DNA of 59,543 nucleotides, counting the filler. It is 4 parts of 4 records of this genome, joined end to end, with 100 filler letters (N's around TTAATTAATTAA, not from the genome) between each part and the next. Parts side by side here need not be neighbours in the genome. Positions count along the whole stretch, not along the records: positions 27,211 to 51,897 come from SRR31156797_6616; positions 51,998 to 59,543 come from SRR31156797_6630; 2 more parts are not named here. One strand, given 5' to 3'. A model generated the notes under the pieces. It was not told the origin of the DNA. It did not search any database and saw only the letters and a list, made by a program, of their open reading frames with translations. The translations under genes were made by a program, and so were the position numbers. Positions 48,101-57,676 of the stretch are shown here, in pieces (the stretch's first letter is position 1; each line of letters starts with the position of its first letter).

Positions 48101-51100
48101 TTAATCTACATCTATTACCCATAGGTCCTGATTGCCGCCTCTGTTAGATTCAAAGAGGATCTTAGTTCCATCAGGAGACCAGATAGGCCATGTGTCATAT
48201 CCGTTTCTTGTGAGCTGCTGAAGGTCTGTGCCGTCAGCGTCTACAAGCCAGAGTGTCGCCCTATAGTTTTTATCCCACGCCCAGAAGACAAGCTTACTGC
48301 TGTCAGGAGAGAACTGTGCCCCTCTGTCGCCAAGAGTATAGTCTTCTGAAAGGATAATGTCTCCGCTCCCTGCTACACCGTCAGTAACAGTGTAATCGGA
48401 AACCATAACCTTATAGGTAACCCTGTCTTTACCTGATGCATCTGACACAACTTCCGCTGTGTATGCTATCTTACTGTCGTCCGGCGCCCAGTCACTAGCC
48501 TGAATAGCCTGAGGTCCGTTCCACGTCTGAACAGTAGGGCTGTTAAAGCCGCTCTCGAATGTCATAAACTGTTCAACCGTAAGCGAATATTCGCCACCTG
48601 GAGCAACCTTATACGCCATAACAGAACCGTCAGAGTTCCAGTACGGGTTTGATTCCATAGCATCACCTGTTGTAAGGCGGTACTGGGTAGCACCATCAGC
48701 AGTCATAACCCACACATCCCAGTTATCAGAAGTCTCTGCGCTGTAAGCTATATAGTTTCCATCCGGTCTGTATACAGGTCTGTTTAAATCCTCAGCGGAT
48801 GTCAGAAGGGTTGTTATTGTATAACTGCCGCCGCTAGGTGTGGCTGTCTGTATGTATGATGTTGTGCTGTCATCATGCGCCCAGAAGACAATTGTCTGGG
48901 AGTTTGGATGCCACTCAGGCCATCCGTGAATAAGCGCATCAGTTGTCACCTGAGTTTTACCTGTTCCGTCAGCATTCATAACCCAAATCTGGTAATGACC
49001 AGTTACATTACTAGCCCACGCAATCTTAGTTCCGTCTGGTGACCACCTTGCGTTGGTATCCATAGCCGCATCACTTGTAAGGGCTGTGATTGTTATATCT
49101 TCAGTAAATGTATTATCAGATGTTGTCAAAGTAAGCTCAACATCCACCTGCGGATATGCAGTAGGAACCGGAGCCTCCATTCTATGACACTTATAACAAC
49201 CTTCCCCTGTTTCATTAGCAACAAGAAATCTTGTCGGAAGTGTCAGCCTTTCAGGGAAAGTATAATGAATATTCTCCTCACCCGTAGCATATGTGCTCTT
49301 ACTGATTTTCCCTTCCCAGTCTACACCGTATTTCTTACCGTCAGGACCGGACATACCGGAACCTTTAATTTCCGCAATAAGCTCTTCGGGTATATCATCT
49401 AAATCTGCACTTCTATTAGAGAGAGAATATGATGAGCGTACATCCAGAGTATTAAGCTCAGCAGTTACACCTGTCTCAATGTCTTTCTCTTCAACCTTCT
49501 TATGAACTGTGTCTTCGACGGATGTTACATTCGCATCACGTCCGTAAATAAAGCCCTGATCTTCAACTATTGTTTTGTAAGCCTTATTAAGTTTAAGAGC
49601 TCTCTCTGATGAAGGGTAAAGGAGTAAGGATACGTCATCATGAAGAGCCTCTATCATATCGTCTTTGATTGTGCCGTCCTCGTTAAAGAACTTAGCGATA
49701 ACCTCATCATTAGCTCTGAACTCATCACCGCCACGGTTATACATAAGATAGAGTGAATACTCATACTGTACGCCAGCCGTATTATATTCAGCCTTCTGCT
49801 CTGGTGTGCCTTTAAGGTCTTTCTGTGACCAGTGATACCAGCCTTTCTGGTAAGCATCTGAGTCATATTTTCTAGGCATAGCGTATGAGCTGTCTGTAGG
49901 TGCGCCGATATTACTGTGGCAGCCTATACAGAATACTGTTTCTTCGAATGTCTGAGGTCTGAGGTCACCGTCGTCATCTTCGATAAATCCCTGATAAGCC
50001 CAGCCGAAACCGTTGCTGATTCCGTTTTCAACATCGCCGTAGTATTCACCGAGACGGTCAGGAAAATCGTTTGTCTCCTTCATCTCCTCATGGGCGGCTT
50101 CTTCAAGCTCGCCGTAATTCATATAACCTTTCTTCTTAGCATACCTGAGCTCTTTCATCCTTGCTGAGAGAGCGATACTGTCGTCTGTAATATCTATATA
50201 TCTTACAGAGTGAAGAAACTCTGTCCCTGTAGGGTAAAGTCCGGCAGCGGGTGCGCTGATTGTTCCGGCATCCTGAGCGACCTTAGCAGCACCTACGAAT
50301 GACATGTGAATGCCGCTCTTTGGAGCCCACTCATATTTAATCTCTGTGGCTGTTGCTATATTGCCGTCCTTATCAAGGTCAACCCCGAAAAGGCTTTCAT
50401 CTACGGAATCAATGCCGACATCAGCTCTTTTGATCATAGCCTCAATCACAGCTAGGTTTATCTTGTAAGTAGTTATGTCGAAATTTCCGCTTGTATCGTT
50501 TCTGAACATCTCATCAAGCCTGATGAGTACGTCATCAGTAGAGCCGTTTGTAGGCCAGAATGTACCGAGGAATGGAGCGTAAGCTATCGCTCTCCACCCT
50601 GTATAAGCACCGGAAGGATTTTTGTCGAAGCCCTCCGTATCGAAAGAGAAATAACAGTCAGGGATATATCCATCCCACTCACTGTCCTTGTCGTAGTCCC
50701 ACCCGTCAGGCACATCAGCCAGCTTCTCTGCGAGAATGATATTCCCTTCTGAGTCGAAATAGTTACTTGTTCTGACATATGTGAGGATATCCTCATCTGA
50801 TATTGCGCCAACTCTTGCTGAGCGGTCTACAAAAAGGTTAGTCCAGTGGTTAGTGTTATGGTATTCGGCAAAGGCGTATTCAAGCTGAATATCGCCATCA
50901 TTAGTATAATTAGGAGCTACAGAGTCTGTGTGACAGCTGTAACAGGGGTTATAAACTTCACTGCCGTCAGCAGATTTGGTTTTTGTATAGCATTGTGATG
51001 GGAGGTAAGCACCATCATTCACAGTAGTTTTTGAAGTTAAATCAGTATCAGTAATAGGACCGGTTGAGCTATCTGATGATCCGCCGCCGCAAGCTACTAT

Positions 51101-51151
51101 CATAGTTGCCACACCAACTATAATTAAACATACAATCATTAATTTTTTCAT
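48101..51151 (-). CDS. Lipoprotein with three CxxCH haem-binding motifs and C-terminal TolB-like (PD40) beta-propeller
   Basis: Lipobox IVAC; CYSCH, CIGCH, CYKCH; repeated WSPDG.KI..S....IW.M.ADG. Confidence 0.8.
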   Translation of the reverse strand: MKKLMIVCLIIVGVATMIVACGGGSSDSSTGPITDTDLTSKTTVNDGAYLPSQCYTKTKSADGSEVYNPCYSCHTDSVAPNYTNDGDIQLEYAFAEYHNTNHWTNLFVDRSARVGAISDEDILTYVRTSNYFDSEGNIILAEKLADVPDGWDYDKDSEWDGYIPDCYFSFDTEGFDKNPSGAYTGWRAIAYAPFLGTFWPTNGSTDDVLIRLDEMFRNDTSGNFDITTYKINLAVIEAMIKRADVGIDSVDESLFGVDLDKDGNIATATEIKYEWAPKSGIHMSFVGAAKVAQDAGTISAPAAGLYPTGTEFLHSVRYIDITDDSIALSARMKELRYAKKKGYMNYGELEEAAHEEMKETNDFPDRLGEYYGDVENGISNGFGWAYQGFIEDDDGDLRPQTFEETVFCIGCHSNIGAPTDSSYAMPRKYDSDAYQKGWYHWSQKDLKGTPEQKAEYNTAGVQYEYSLYLMYNRGGDEFRANDEVIAKFFNEDGTIKDDMIEALHDDVSLLLYPSSERALKLNKAYKTIVEDQGFIYGRDANVTSVEDTVHKKVEEKDIETGVTAELNTLDVRSSYSLSNRSADLDDIPEELIAEIKGSGMSGPDGKKYGVDWEGKISKSTYATGEENIHYTFPERLTLPTRFLVANETGEGCYKCHRMEAPVPTAYPQVDVELTLTTSDNTFTEDITITALTSDAAMDTNARWSPDGTKIAWASNVTGHYQIWVMNADGTGKTQVTTDALIHGWPEWHPNSQTIVFWAHDDSTTSYIQTATPSGGSYTITTLLTSAEDLNRPVYRPDGNYIAYSAETSDNWDVWVMTADGATQYRLTTGDAMESNPYWNSDGSVMAYKVAPGGEYSLTVEQFMTFESGFNSPTVQTWNGPQAIQASDWAPDDSKIAYTAEVVSDASGKDRVTYKVMVSDYTVTDGVAGSGDIILSEDYTLGDRGAQFSPDSSKLVFWAWDKNYRATLWLVDADGTDLQQLTRNGYDTWPIWSPDGTKILFESNRGGNQDLWVIDVD

Positions 51152-51184
51152 TGCTTAACGCTCACTTTTTGGGATTAAAATGTG

Positions 51185-51220
51185 AAAAAGACATGAGCCT
51201 CCGGAAAGGCCCATGTCTCT
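51185..51220 (-). terminator. Terminator-like hairpin between phoX and the cytochrome gene
   Basis: Minus strand AGACATGGGCCT-TTCCGG-AGGCTCATGTCT followed by TTTT. Confidence 0.6.
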
Positions 51221-51248
51221 AATTATTACTTCTATACAAGTTAAGGGA

Positions 51249-51897
51249 TTAGTTCATTGCTGGAAATGGTCCAACATAACCTGTGTACGCTTTAGTTTCA
51301 TCAGAACCTGGTGTTGTCTGATCAGAATCTGACTCACCGTAAGGGTGCTGAATAACAGACATAAGATACGCCCATCCGTTTATGTTTGGATAGAAGTATG
51401 GAGATGTTGTTTCAGAACCGTAAGGTGTTGTTTGAATTCTTGTAAGCTCTTTAGACTCAACATTGTAAGACCAGATAACGTCGTTCTGGTGTCCGCTACC
51501 TGTATCCTCACCGATGATAAGTGTTTTATAGCCAGGTATGAATGTAACGTTATCAGGGTTAGCTAGGCTTTCGAGTGAACACTTGTTCTTCTCAAATGCT
51601 CCGCCTTCTGCGTAAGCGTTAGAGTCGTCAGCAGCACCGTAATCTGCTGTCACAGGGATACCTGAAACAGCGGCTGTCATATCCTCAGCTACATAATCTT
51701 CATCAAGGCTAAGAGCGTAAACAGCACCACATCTGTTCATAGGAAGTGTGATATCATTGTATCCACCGCCATCATAGCTTGTGCTTGCGGAACCGTTCTT
51801 CATGTTGTCTTCCATACCTCTAGCTACTTCAGATATAGCGAGGTACATTGTCATTGTGTCAGGATCGAGTGTGATACCTTCCATCTTTCTGAACTCT
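51249..51897 (-). CDS. phoX: PhoX-family alkaline phosphatase, C-terminal part (5' truncated)
   Basis: RKMEG, ANPDNV, IGED, GSETTSPYF, SVIQHP motifs of PhoX/DUF839. Confidence 0.8.
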
Positions 51898-51997
51898 NNN
51901 NNNNNNNNNNNNNNNNNNNNNNNNNNNNNNNNNNNNNNNNNTTAATTAATTAANNNNNNNNNNNNNNNNNNNNNNNNNNNNNNNNNNNNNNNNNNNN
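51898..51997. other. Artificial contig linker
   Basis: N44-TTAATTAATTAA-N44. Confidence 0.98.
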
Positions 51998-52241
51998 AAT
52001 GATGAAAGAAGGGGCCGAAAAATATCCACATGTGAAAATGATTTTTGGAAGGCACCTTGGGTGCGACCCCGGGTTTGCGGAAATCCTTTACCGGCGAATT
52101 CAAGAATCCCTGGATTTGCCGGATGTCAGATGCATGGAACTGGCGTCCAGAGAAAGCTTCCCCGTACCGGCCGGCCAGGGTGAGTTTGTTGAGATGCCTC
52201 CGGAGGAAGCCAGAAGGTACAGGAATGAATATGGGGAATGA
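51998..52241 (+). CDS. cbiX: CbiX/SirB-like chelatase, C-terminal part (5' truncated)
   Basis: KYPHVKMIFGRHLGCDPGFAEILYRRI resembles the end of a CbiX domain. Confidence 0.6.
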
Positions 52242-52325
52242 CAATGTCCAAAGCTGCCGGCCCTCTTCCTTGTGTTGTCAATAGGGATAGTGGTTGCAGG
52301 AAAAATGTGTTTCGTTTTGAGCTCT

Positions 52326-52344
52326 ATGTGTTATAGTGACACAT
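52326..52344. promoter_or_regulatory. Putative sigma54 enhancer (TGT-N11-ACA)
   Basis: ATGTGT-TATAGTG-ACACAT palindrome about 135 nt upstream of the -24 element. Confidence 0.45.
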
Positions 52345-52479
52345 GCTTTTTGAGATAATCCCATTTAATGACGGTTGCCGTTCCGCCGTGGATTTGATGG
52401 CAATATTGATTAAGTATTTGATATGAAGTCTCTAATTGCTTTCTGTAGTATTTGCTCAGTTAAGGTTCGGGAAGACAAT

Positions 52480-52495
52480 TGGCGTGAAATTTGCT
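52480..52495 (+). promoter_or_regulatory. Sigma54 promoter
   Basis: TGGCGTGAAATTTGCT fits TGGC-N7-TTGCW; about 50 nt upstream of the PEP-CTERM gene. Confidence 0.7.
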
Positions 52496-52543
52496 GGGCC
52501 ATTATGGCTTAACGCTGTCGGAAGACCAAAACGGAGAGTGAAT

Positions 52544-53278
52544 ATGAAAAAATGTAAATTGACATTTTTGGCGGTCGTGTTCACATTATGCATGTTTGGT
52601 ATGATATCCATTGGTGAAGCCACCTATTTAGAGTTGGTCAATCTTGGAGATACAACCATTGAAAACGTTGCGATTGGAAACACCGGAACGAACCGGGAGG
52701 ATCTGGAATACTGGTTCGGTGTGAACGATATTATCAATCCCGATGGAACCCCCATTGATCCGGTAAACGACCAGCTTCAGGATGAGCTGTTTTACACGTC
52801 GGACGGTGGTGAACTGGAAGTGGAATTTTTAGGGATCGGCCATGCCGGCTTTCATTCTCCTTTTGGGGTTTTCACATACCAAGGAGATCCGAGCGCCGGT
52901 TATGACAGTGCATTAATGAGCTATTTCAGTCCACTTTTTGTTCAAAATGAAGTTGCCTCAAATACGTCCTATAATTTTACGGTGGATGCCGGGACCTATT
53001 TCGGCTTCTATCTTGATTCCAATAACAGGGGAATAAACCTTTCCACCTACACTGCCAGCAATTCTGACGGTGTTGATCATGCGCTTATTTTTAAAACCAA
53101 TAAAGGGTATACGATCGCTTTTGAGGATATCCCCGGTGGTGGAGATTCCGACTACGAAGACCTGGTTGTCAATCTCAAAGGCGGTAGCAGTGCCGCGGTG
53201 CCGGAGCCTGCTACCATAATTCTATTGGCCTCCGGGCTTCTCGGTCTGGCCGGTTTTCGCAAAAGGTTCAAGCGATAA
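52544..53278 (+). CDS. PEP-CTERM exosortase-target protein with DUF4114-like domain
   Basis: Signal peptide; AFEDIPGGGDSDYEDLVV; VPEPATIILLASGLLGLAGFRKRFKR tail. Confidence 0.9.
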   Translation: MKKCKLTFLAVVFTLCMFGMISIGEATYLELVNLGDTTIENVAIGNTGTNREDLEYWFGVNDIINPDGTPIDPVNDQLQDELFYTSDGGELEVEFLGIGHAGFHSPFGVFTYQGDPSAGYDSALMSYFSPLFVQNEVASNTSYNFTVDAGTYFGFYLDSNNRGINLSTYTASNSDGVDHALIFKTNKGYTIAFEDIPGGGDSDYEDLVVNLKGGSSAAVPEPATIILLASGLLGLAGFRKRFKR

Positions 53279-53295
53279 AGAAGTCAAACGTTCTT

Positions 53296-53883
53296 ATGGA
53301 TTCTAATAATCATCTGCGTGTTGTGCTGCTTCGCCATGGTGAAACGGAGGGTAATGCCAGGGGCATCGTTCAAGGCCAGTCCGATACGCCTTTAACGGAA
53401 AAGGGAATTGTATCCACTTTGAGAAAGGCGGAAAAAATCCAGGATCTGGCATTTGATGCTGTTTACTGTAGCGACCTTAACAGAACGGTTGAAACGCTTA
53501 AACTGATACGGGGGGGGGTTGAGGGGTTGCCTGATCCTCTCTTTACGCGGGATCTCCGGGAAATTGATTTCGGTGACCTCACGGGGCGATTGAAGAAAGA
53601 GATTATGCCCACCATTTTAGAGCACAAAGAAGCGCCTGATATTCCCTATCCCAACGGTGAATCCGGCGGAGAGTTTATTGCTCGGGTAAAAGGTTTTTTT
53701 GCAATGCTCATGGCTTATCATGCCGGCGGGCAGGTTCTTATGGTCACCCATTTCGGCGTCATGGAAACGGCGGCCCGCCAGTTTACCGGGCCGCCGTCAT
53801 ACGGAACCATCCAAATGGGTCCTGATGATGTGTGGCGCATGACCTTTGCGCACGATTGGTCGGCAACAAGGGAAGTGCTTTGA
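53296..53883 (+). CDS. Histidine phosphatase family protein (CobC/GpmB-like)
   Basis: LLRHGET, SDLNRT, LREIDFG, GES, VTHFG. Confidence 0.88.
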   Translation: MDSNNHLRVVLLRHGETEGNARGIVQGQSDTPLTEKGIVSTLRKAEKIQDLAFDAVYCSDLNRTVETLKLIRGGVEGLPDPLFTRDLREIDFGDLTGRLKKEIMPTILEHKEAPDIPYPNGESGGEFIARVKGFFAMLMAYHAGGQVLMVTHFGVMETAARQFTGPPSYGTIQMGPDDVWRMTFAHDWSATREVL

Positions 53884-53929
53884 AACGAAGGGCGGATAAT
53901 CATTGGCCCGTACGGTTTTTTAATGGGGA

Positions 53930-54475
53930 TCAAACCTGCTCGGTCTTTCCGGCCAGTCGGATTCCCATTTCCAGCGCCTCTTGATTCATTGTGATGAAAT
54001 CCGGGGGTATTTTTTCTTTCAATACCGCTAGAATCGAACCCTGCTGAACCAGACCGGTCAATTCAATTAGTGCCCCAAGCATGCAGATATTGAAGACGAT
54101 GGGTTTGCCGATTTTTTCCATTACGGTCTGATACATGGCAAGCTCTACCTGCCTGGCATCCACTTTATGGTCAATTTCCACATATTTCTTGTCGGTGAGC
54201 ATGAGACCGCCGGGTCTCACGATGCCGGCGTTTTTGTTATAGGCTGCCTGGGTCAGACAGATGAGAATATGGGGATTGATGACCTTGGGATGGCGGATCG
54301 GTGTTTCTGAAATAATAATATCGGCGCGGGTGGTGCCGCCCCGAGCCTCCGGGCCGTAACTTTGCGTCTGTACCGCGTTTAAATTGTCATACAAGACGGC
54401 CGCTTCAGCAAGGATAATGGCCGCCGTGATGACCCCTTGACCGCCGAAACCGCTGAACACGATGCGTTTATCCAT
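53930..54475 (-). CDS. korC: 2-oxoacid:ferredoxin oxidoreductase gamma subunit
   Basis: SGFGGQGVI, QSYGPEARGG, NICMLGA. Confidence 0.9.
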   Translation of the reverse strand: MDKRIVFSGFGGQGVITAAIILAEAAVLYDNLNAVQTQSYGPEARGGTTRADIIISETPIRHPKVINPHILICLTQAAYNKNAGIVRPGGLMLTDKKYVEIDHKVDARQVELAMYQTVMEKIGKPIVFNICMLGALIELTGLVQQGSILAVLKEKIPPDFITMNQEALEMGIRLAGKTEQV

Positions 54476-55310
54476 GATTGCCTCCTTTGCGGTTGCCGGT
54501 ATCTTTTTTCGCCGTTTCCTGAAGCCGTGCGGTCAGGGCCTGGTAGGTTTCCACGTATTCGGGTTGGTTTTCCTGTACAAAAATGCCCCGTTCCATCAGT
54601 TCAGGGGCGGCTTTCGCTTTTTTTGACCCTAGTTTGACGGTTTTTTCTTGAAAGGATTTCATGATTTCCACCGCCCCGCCCAGTTTGTTTTTCCGGCCGT
54701 AGTAAGTGGGGCATTGACTCATGATTTCCACCACTGAAAAGCCCTTGTGCAGTATGGCCCCCTTGATGATGTCGATCATTTCCCGGACGTGATAGGTGGT
54801 TGTTCTGGCTACAAAAGTGGCGCCCGCTCCCCTGGCCAGAGCCACAACGTCAAAGGGCTTGGAATCGGTTCCATAAACGGCGGTGGTGGCCTTTTTCCCC
54901 GTTGGTGTGAGGGGGGAATACTGACCCCCCGTCATTCCGTAGATGCTGTTGTTCATGATGATGGCCGTCAGATCCACGTTCCGCCTGGCCGCATGGATCA
55001 GGTGATTGCCACCGATGGAGAGCGCGTCCCCGTCCCCCATGGGAACGATCACATTCAGTTGGGGCTGACCCATTTTAACCCCCATGGCGAATGCCAGGGC
55101 CCGGCCATGAATGGTGTGCATGGTATGAAAATCGAGATACCCCGGCATCCGTGATGAGCATCCGATTCCGGAAACCACCACAATATCATTTTTTTTCAAA
55201 TTTAATTGATCAATGGCCCGTAGCATATTGCCCATGATAATTCCGTGTCCACAGCCGGCGCACCAGATGTGCGGCAGAAAGCGTTGCCGAATATAGTCTT
55301 TGACCGCCAT
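54468..55310 (-). CDS. korB: 2-oxoacid:ferredoxin oxidoreductase beta subunit
   Basis: WCAGCG, SGIGCS, GDGD..IGGNH TPP motif, YGMTGGQYSP. Confidence 0.92.
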   Translation of the reverse strand: MAVKDYIRQRFLPHIWCAGCGHGIIMGNMLRAIDQLNLKKNDIVVVSGIGCSSRMPGYLDFHTMHTIHGRALAFAMGVKMGQPQLNVIVPMGDGDALSIGGNHLIHAARRNVDLTAIIMNNSIYGMTGGQYSPLTPTGKKATTAVYGTDSKPFDVVALARGAGATFVARTTTYHVREMIDIIKGAILHKGFSVVEIMSQCPTYYGRKNKLGGAVEIMKSFQEKTVKLGSKKAKAAPELMERGIFVQENQPEYVETYQALTARLQETAKKDTGNRKGGNHG

Positions 55311-55311
55311 T

Positions 55312-56460
55312 CTATACTCCTTTTCCCCGAATCATGTTCAGAACGTTCAGAATGTCCGCCGGTGAAATGGATGCACCGTCAAACCGGTTGGCAAGGTATA
55401 CCCGTTCCGGTCGTATGACGGCCTTTCGTACCTCCTGGCAGACTTGCCCCATGTTCATTTCAACCACCAGTACATGACTCCTTCCTTTGCACATGCGGCG
55501 TATCAGCTGCCTGGGAAAGGGCCAAAGGGTCTGCAGTTCCAGTAATCCGACTTTCAGGCCCCGCTGCCTGCGCTGTTCCACCATGTGCAGGGCGGTTCTG
55601 GCAGCGCTGCCGAAGGAAATGAGTAATATCTCGGCGTCTTCGGTATAATGTTCTTTGTATCGGGCCAGCAGGTCGGCCTTGTTTTCAAGTTTGTCCACCA
55701 GGTGATGCAGAAGGTCGTAGGCTACCTTGGGGTCGTTGGACGGAAAGCCCCACATGTCGTGAACCAGCCCCGTGACATTATATCGGTGGACGCCGCCGAA
55801 ATCGCTCATGGGGAGTCTGCCGTCTTCACGGGTCAGGTAGGGATGAAAATTGGTCCCTTCGGGTACGGATGTGCGAAGCCGCTCCACCACGTTGATTTCA
55901 CCGGGTTCGGGGATCTCGACCTTTTCACGCATGTGCGCCACCACTTCGTCAAAGAGGAGGATGACCGGCGTGCGATAGGTTTCAGCCAGATTGAAGGCTT
56001 CCACGGTCATCAGGAAAACATCCTGAAGGTTGCTTGCGGTAAGGGTTATGATGGAATGATCCCCGTGGGTCCCCCATCTTGCCTGCATGACGTCTCCCTG
56101 GGCAACGCCCGTGGGCAACCCCGTACTGGGTCCCCCTCTCTGTACGTTGACCACCACGGACGGCACTTCGGCCATGACCGCATACCCGATGGCTTCCTGT
56201 TTGAGGGAAAAACCGGGGCCGCTGGTGGCTGTCATGACCTTGAGACCGGTAAGGGATGCACCGATGATGGCGCACATGGAAGATATTTCATCCTCCATCT
56301 GAAGAAATTTTTGGCCCAGTTTCGGCAGTTTTTCAGAGAGAATTTCGGCGATTTCCGTTGAAGGGGTGATGGGATAACCCGCAAAAAACTGTAACCCCGC
56401 ATAAAGCGCCCCCTGGGCAATGGCTTCGTTGCCTTGAATAAATATTGTACCGGATTTCAC
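55312..56460 (-). CDS. korA: 2-oxoacid:ferredoxin oxidoreductase alpha subunit
   Basis: GNEAIA, GYPITPSTE, QMEDE, TATSGPGFSL, QRGGPSTG; GTG start. Confidence 0.92.
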   Translation of the reverse strand: MKSGTIFIQGNEAIAQGALYAGLQFFAGYPITPSTEIAEILSEKLPKLGQKFLQMEDEISSMCAIIGASLTGLKVMTATSGPGFSLKQEAIGYAVMAEVPSVVVNVQRGGPSTGLPTGVAQGDVMQARWGTHGDHSIITLTASNLQDVFLMTVEAFNLAETYRTPVILLFDEVVAHMREKVEIPEPGEINVVERLRTSVPEGTNFHPYLTREDGRLPMSDFGGVHRYNVTGLVHDMWGFPSNDPKVAYDLLHHLVDKLENKADLLARYKEHYTEDAEILLISFGSAARTALHMVEQRRQRGLKVGLLELQTLWPFPRQLIRRMCKGRSHVLVVEMNMGQVCQEVRKAVIRPERVYLANRFDGASISPADILNVLNMIRGKGV

Positions 56461-56660
56461 GATATATTCTCCTCCAGCTCAATGGCCATGTCGGGGCACC
56501 TCAGTTCACAAAGTCCGCAATTGATACATTTTTCAAGATGGGTCCAGCGGGCCTTGTCCCGGTCATCCAGAACCAGAACCTCCTTGGGGCAGAAGGCCAC
56601 GCAGATGCCGCATCCCTTGCACCAATCCCTGTTGATGACGACTCTTTTTTTTGGTTTCAT
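56457..56660 (-). CDS. korD: 2x[4Fe-4S] ferredoxin, delta subunit
   Basis: CKGCGICVAFCP and CINCGLCELRCP. Confidence 0.9.
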   Translation of the reverse strand: MKPKKRVVINRDWCKGCGICVAFCPKEVLVLDDRDKARWTHLEKCINCGLCELRCPDMAIELEENIS

Positions 56661-56829
56661 GTTGGGTCTCTCTGAATTTTCATACGCTTTGGCAATATTG
56701 ATATTGTTGAAACAGCTTTGTCAATTTTAAAACGGGCCTATGATAGGGGTTAGCCATGAATAATGCAACACTGGAAGCGCTGATATCCCCTGTGGTTTAC
56801 ACAAACCCTTCTTCCGTTTCAGGTCTTTT

Positions 56830-57026
56830 CTGGAAAGGGGTTGAAGGCGCTGGTTCCGGCCGAGAACCGGTTCTCCGGCCAGGGTCATGAGGGAATCCAG
56901 CAACCCCACATTCACCCGCAGACTGTTTTCGGGAACGGATGTATGGGCTTCAGCCGGCGTTGACACGGCTATGGTTTCAGGTTTTGCAAGGTTTTGTTCC
57001 AGGGTTTCGTCATCACCTGCGTTCAT
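56830..57026 (-). pseudogene. cheA remnant (dimerisation-domain fragment)
   Basis: ENSLRVNVGLLDSLMTLAGEPVLGRNQ matches the CheA H-kinase_dim start (RVxVxxLDxLMxLxGELVxxRNQ); no other CheA domain; boundaries approximate. Confidence 0.55.
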
Positions 57027-57271
57027 TAGGGGTGCTCCACAAAAAAGACGATGAATGGACTGGCATGGTTTTCATTAAAAGAGTCCATTTACCATTAATA
57101 GTATTCATTTTCAACAATAATATTCATTGGTTTGCTTGTTATACCCTTATTTGTAAAGGTCTTGACAGGGATGGGGAGTTTGGCTATTGATTCAAATATG
57201 GGCGTAAGATGATGTCGGCCCGCGAAGGGGGTTTACCGTCAACCATTAACTATCTGTTCGGGGGAATTGTG

Positions 57272-57673
57272 ATGAAGGAGATCAATGAGCTGGATCTGCC
57301 CCATGACCTGCGTTACACCGAAGATCATGAATGGGCACGGGTGAAAGGTGAAAATGTGATCATCGGCGTCAGCGATTACGCACAGGATCAGTTGGGCGAC
57401 ATTGTTTTTGTGGAGATGCCTGAGCCGGGGGACCCATTCAAAAAGGGGGATGAGTTCGGCACCGTGGAATCGGTCAAGGCCGTTGCGGAGCTTTACATGC
57501 CCCTTGACGGGGAGGTCCTTCAGGTGAACCGGGCCCTTGAAGATGCGCCCGAATTGTTGAACCGGAGTCCTTATGCCGATGGATGGATCATGGAGGTCAA
57601 ACCGGATGATACGTCACAGCTTGAGGCTCTTTTGGACAGGGGCGCCTATGTTAAATTCCTGGAAGGGGCGTAA
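57272..57673 (+). CDS. gcvH: Glycine cleavage system H protein
   Basis: YTEDHEW, GVSDYAQDQLGDIVFVE, VESVKA lipoyl Lys, PYADGW. Confidence 0.95.
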   Translation: MKEINELDLPHDLRYTEDHEWARVKGENVIIGVSDYAQDQLGDIVFVEMPEPGDPFKKGDEFGTVESVKAVAELYMPLDGEVLQVNRALEDAPELLNRSPYADGWIMEVKPDDTSQLEALLDRGAYVKFLEGA

Positions 57674-57676
57674 CCC

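Noticed and set aside
55648-56361. 237-aa plus-strand ORF
   Set aside because: Antisense shadow of korA in GC-rich DNA
57061-57076. TGGCA-containing sigma54-like site (also near 2752 and 12129)
   Set aside because: The -12 TTGC element is missing or wrongly spaced
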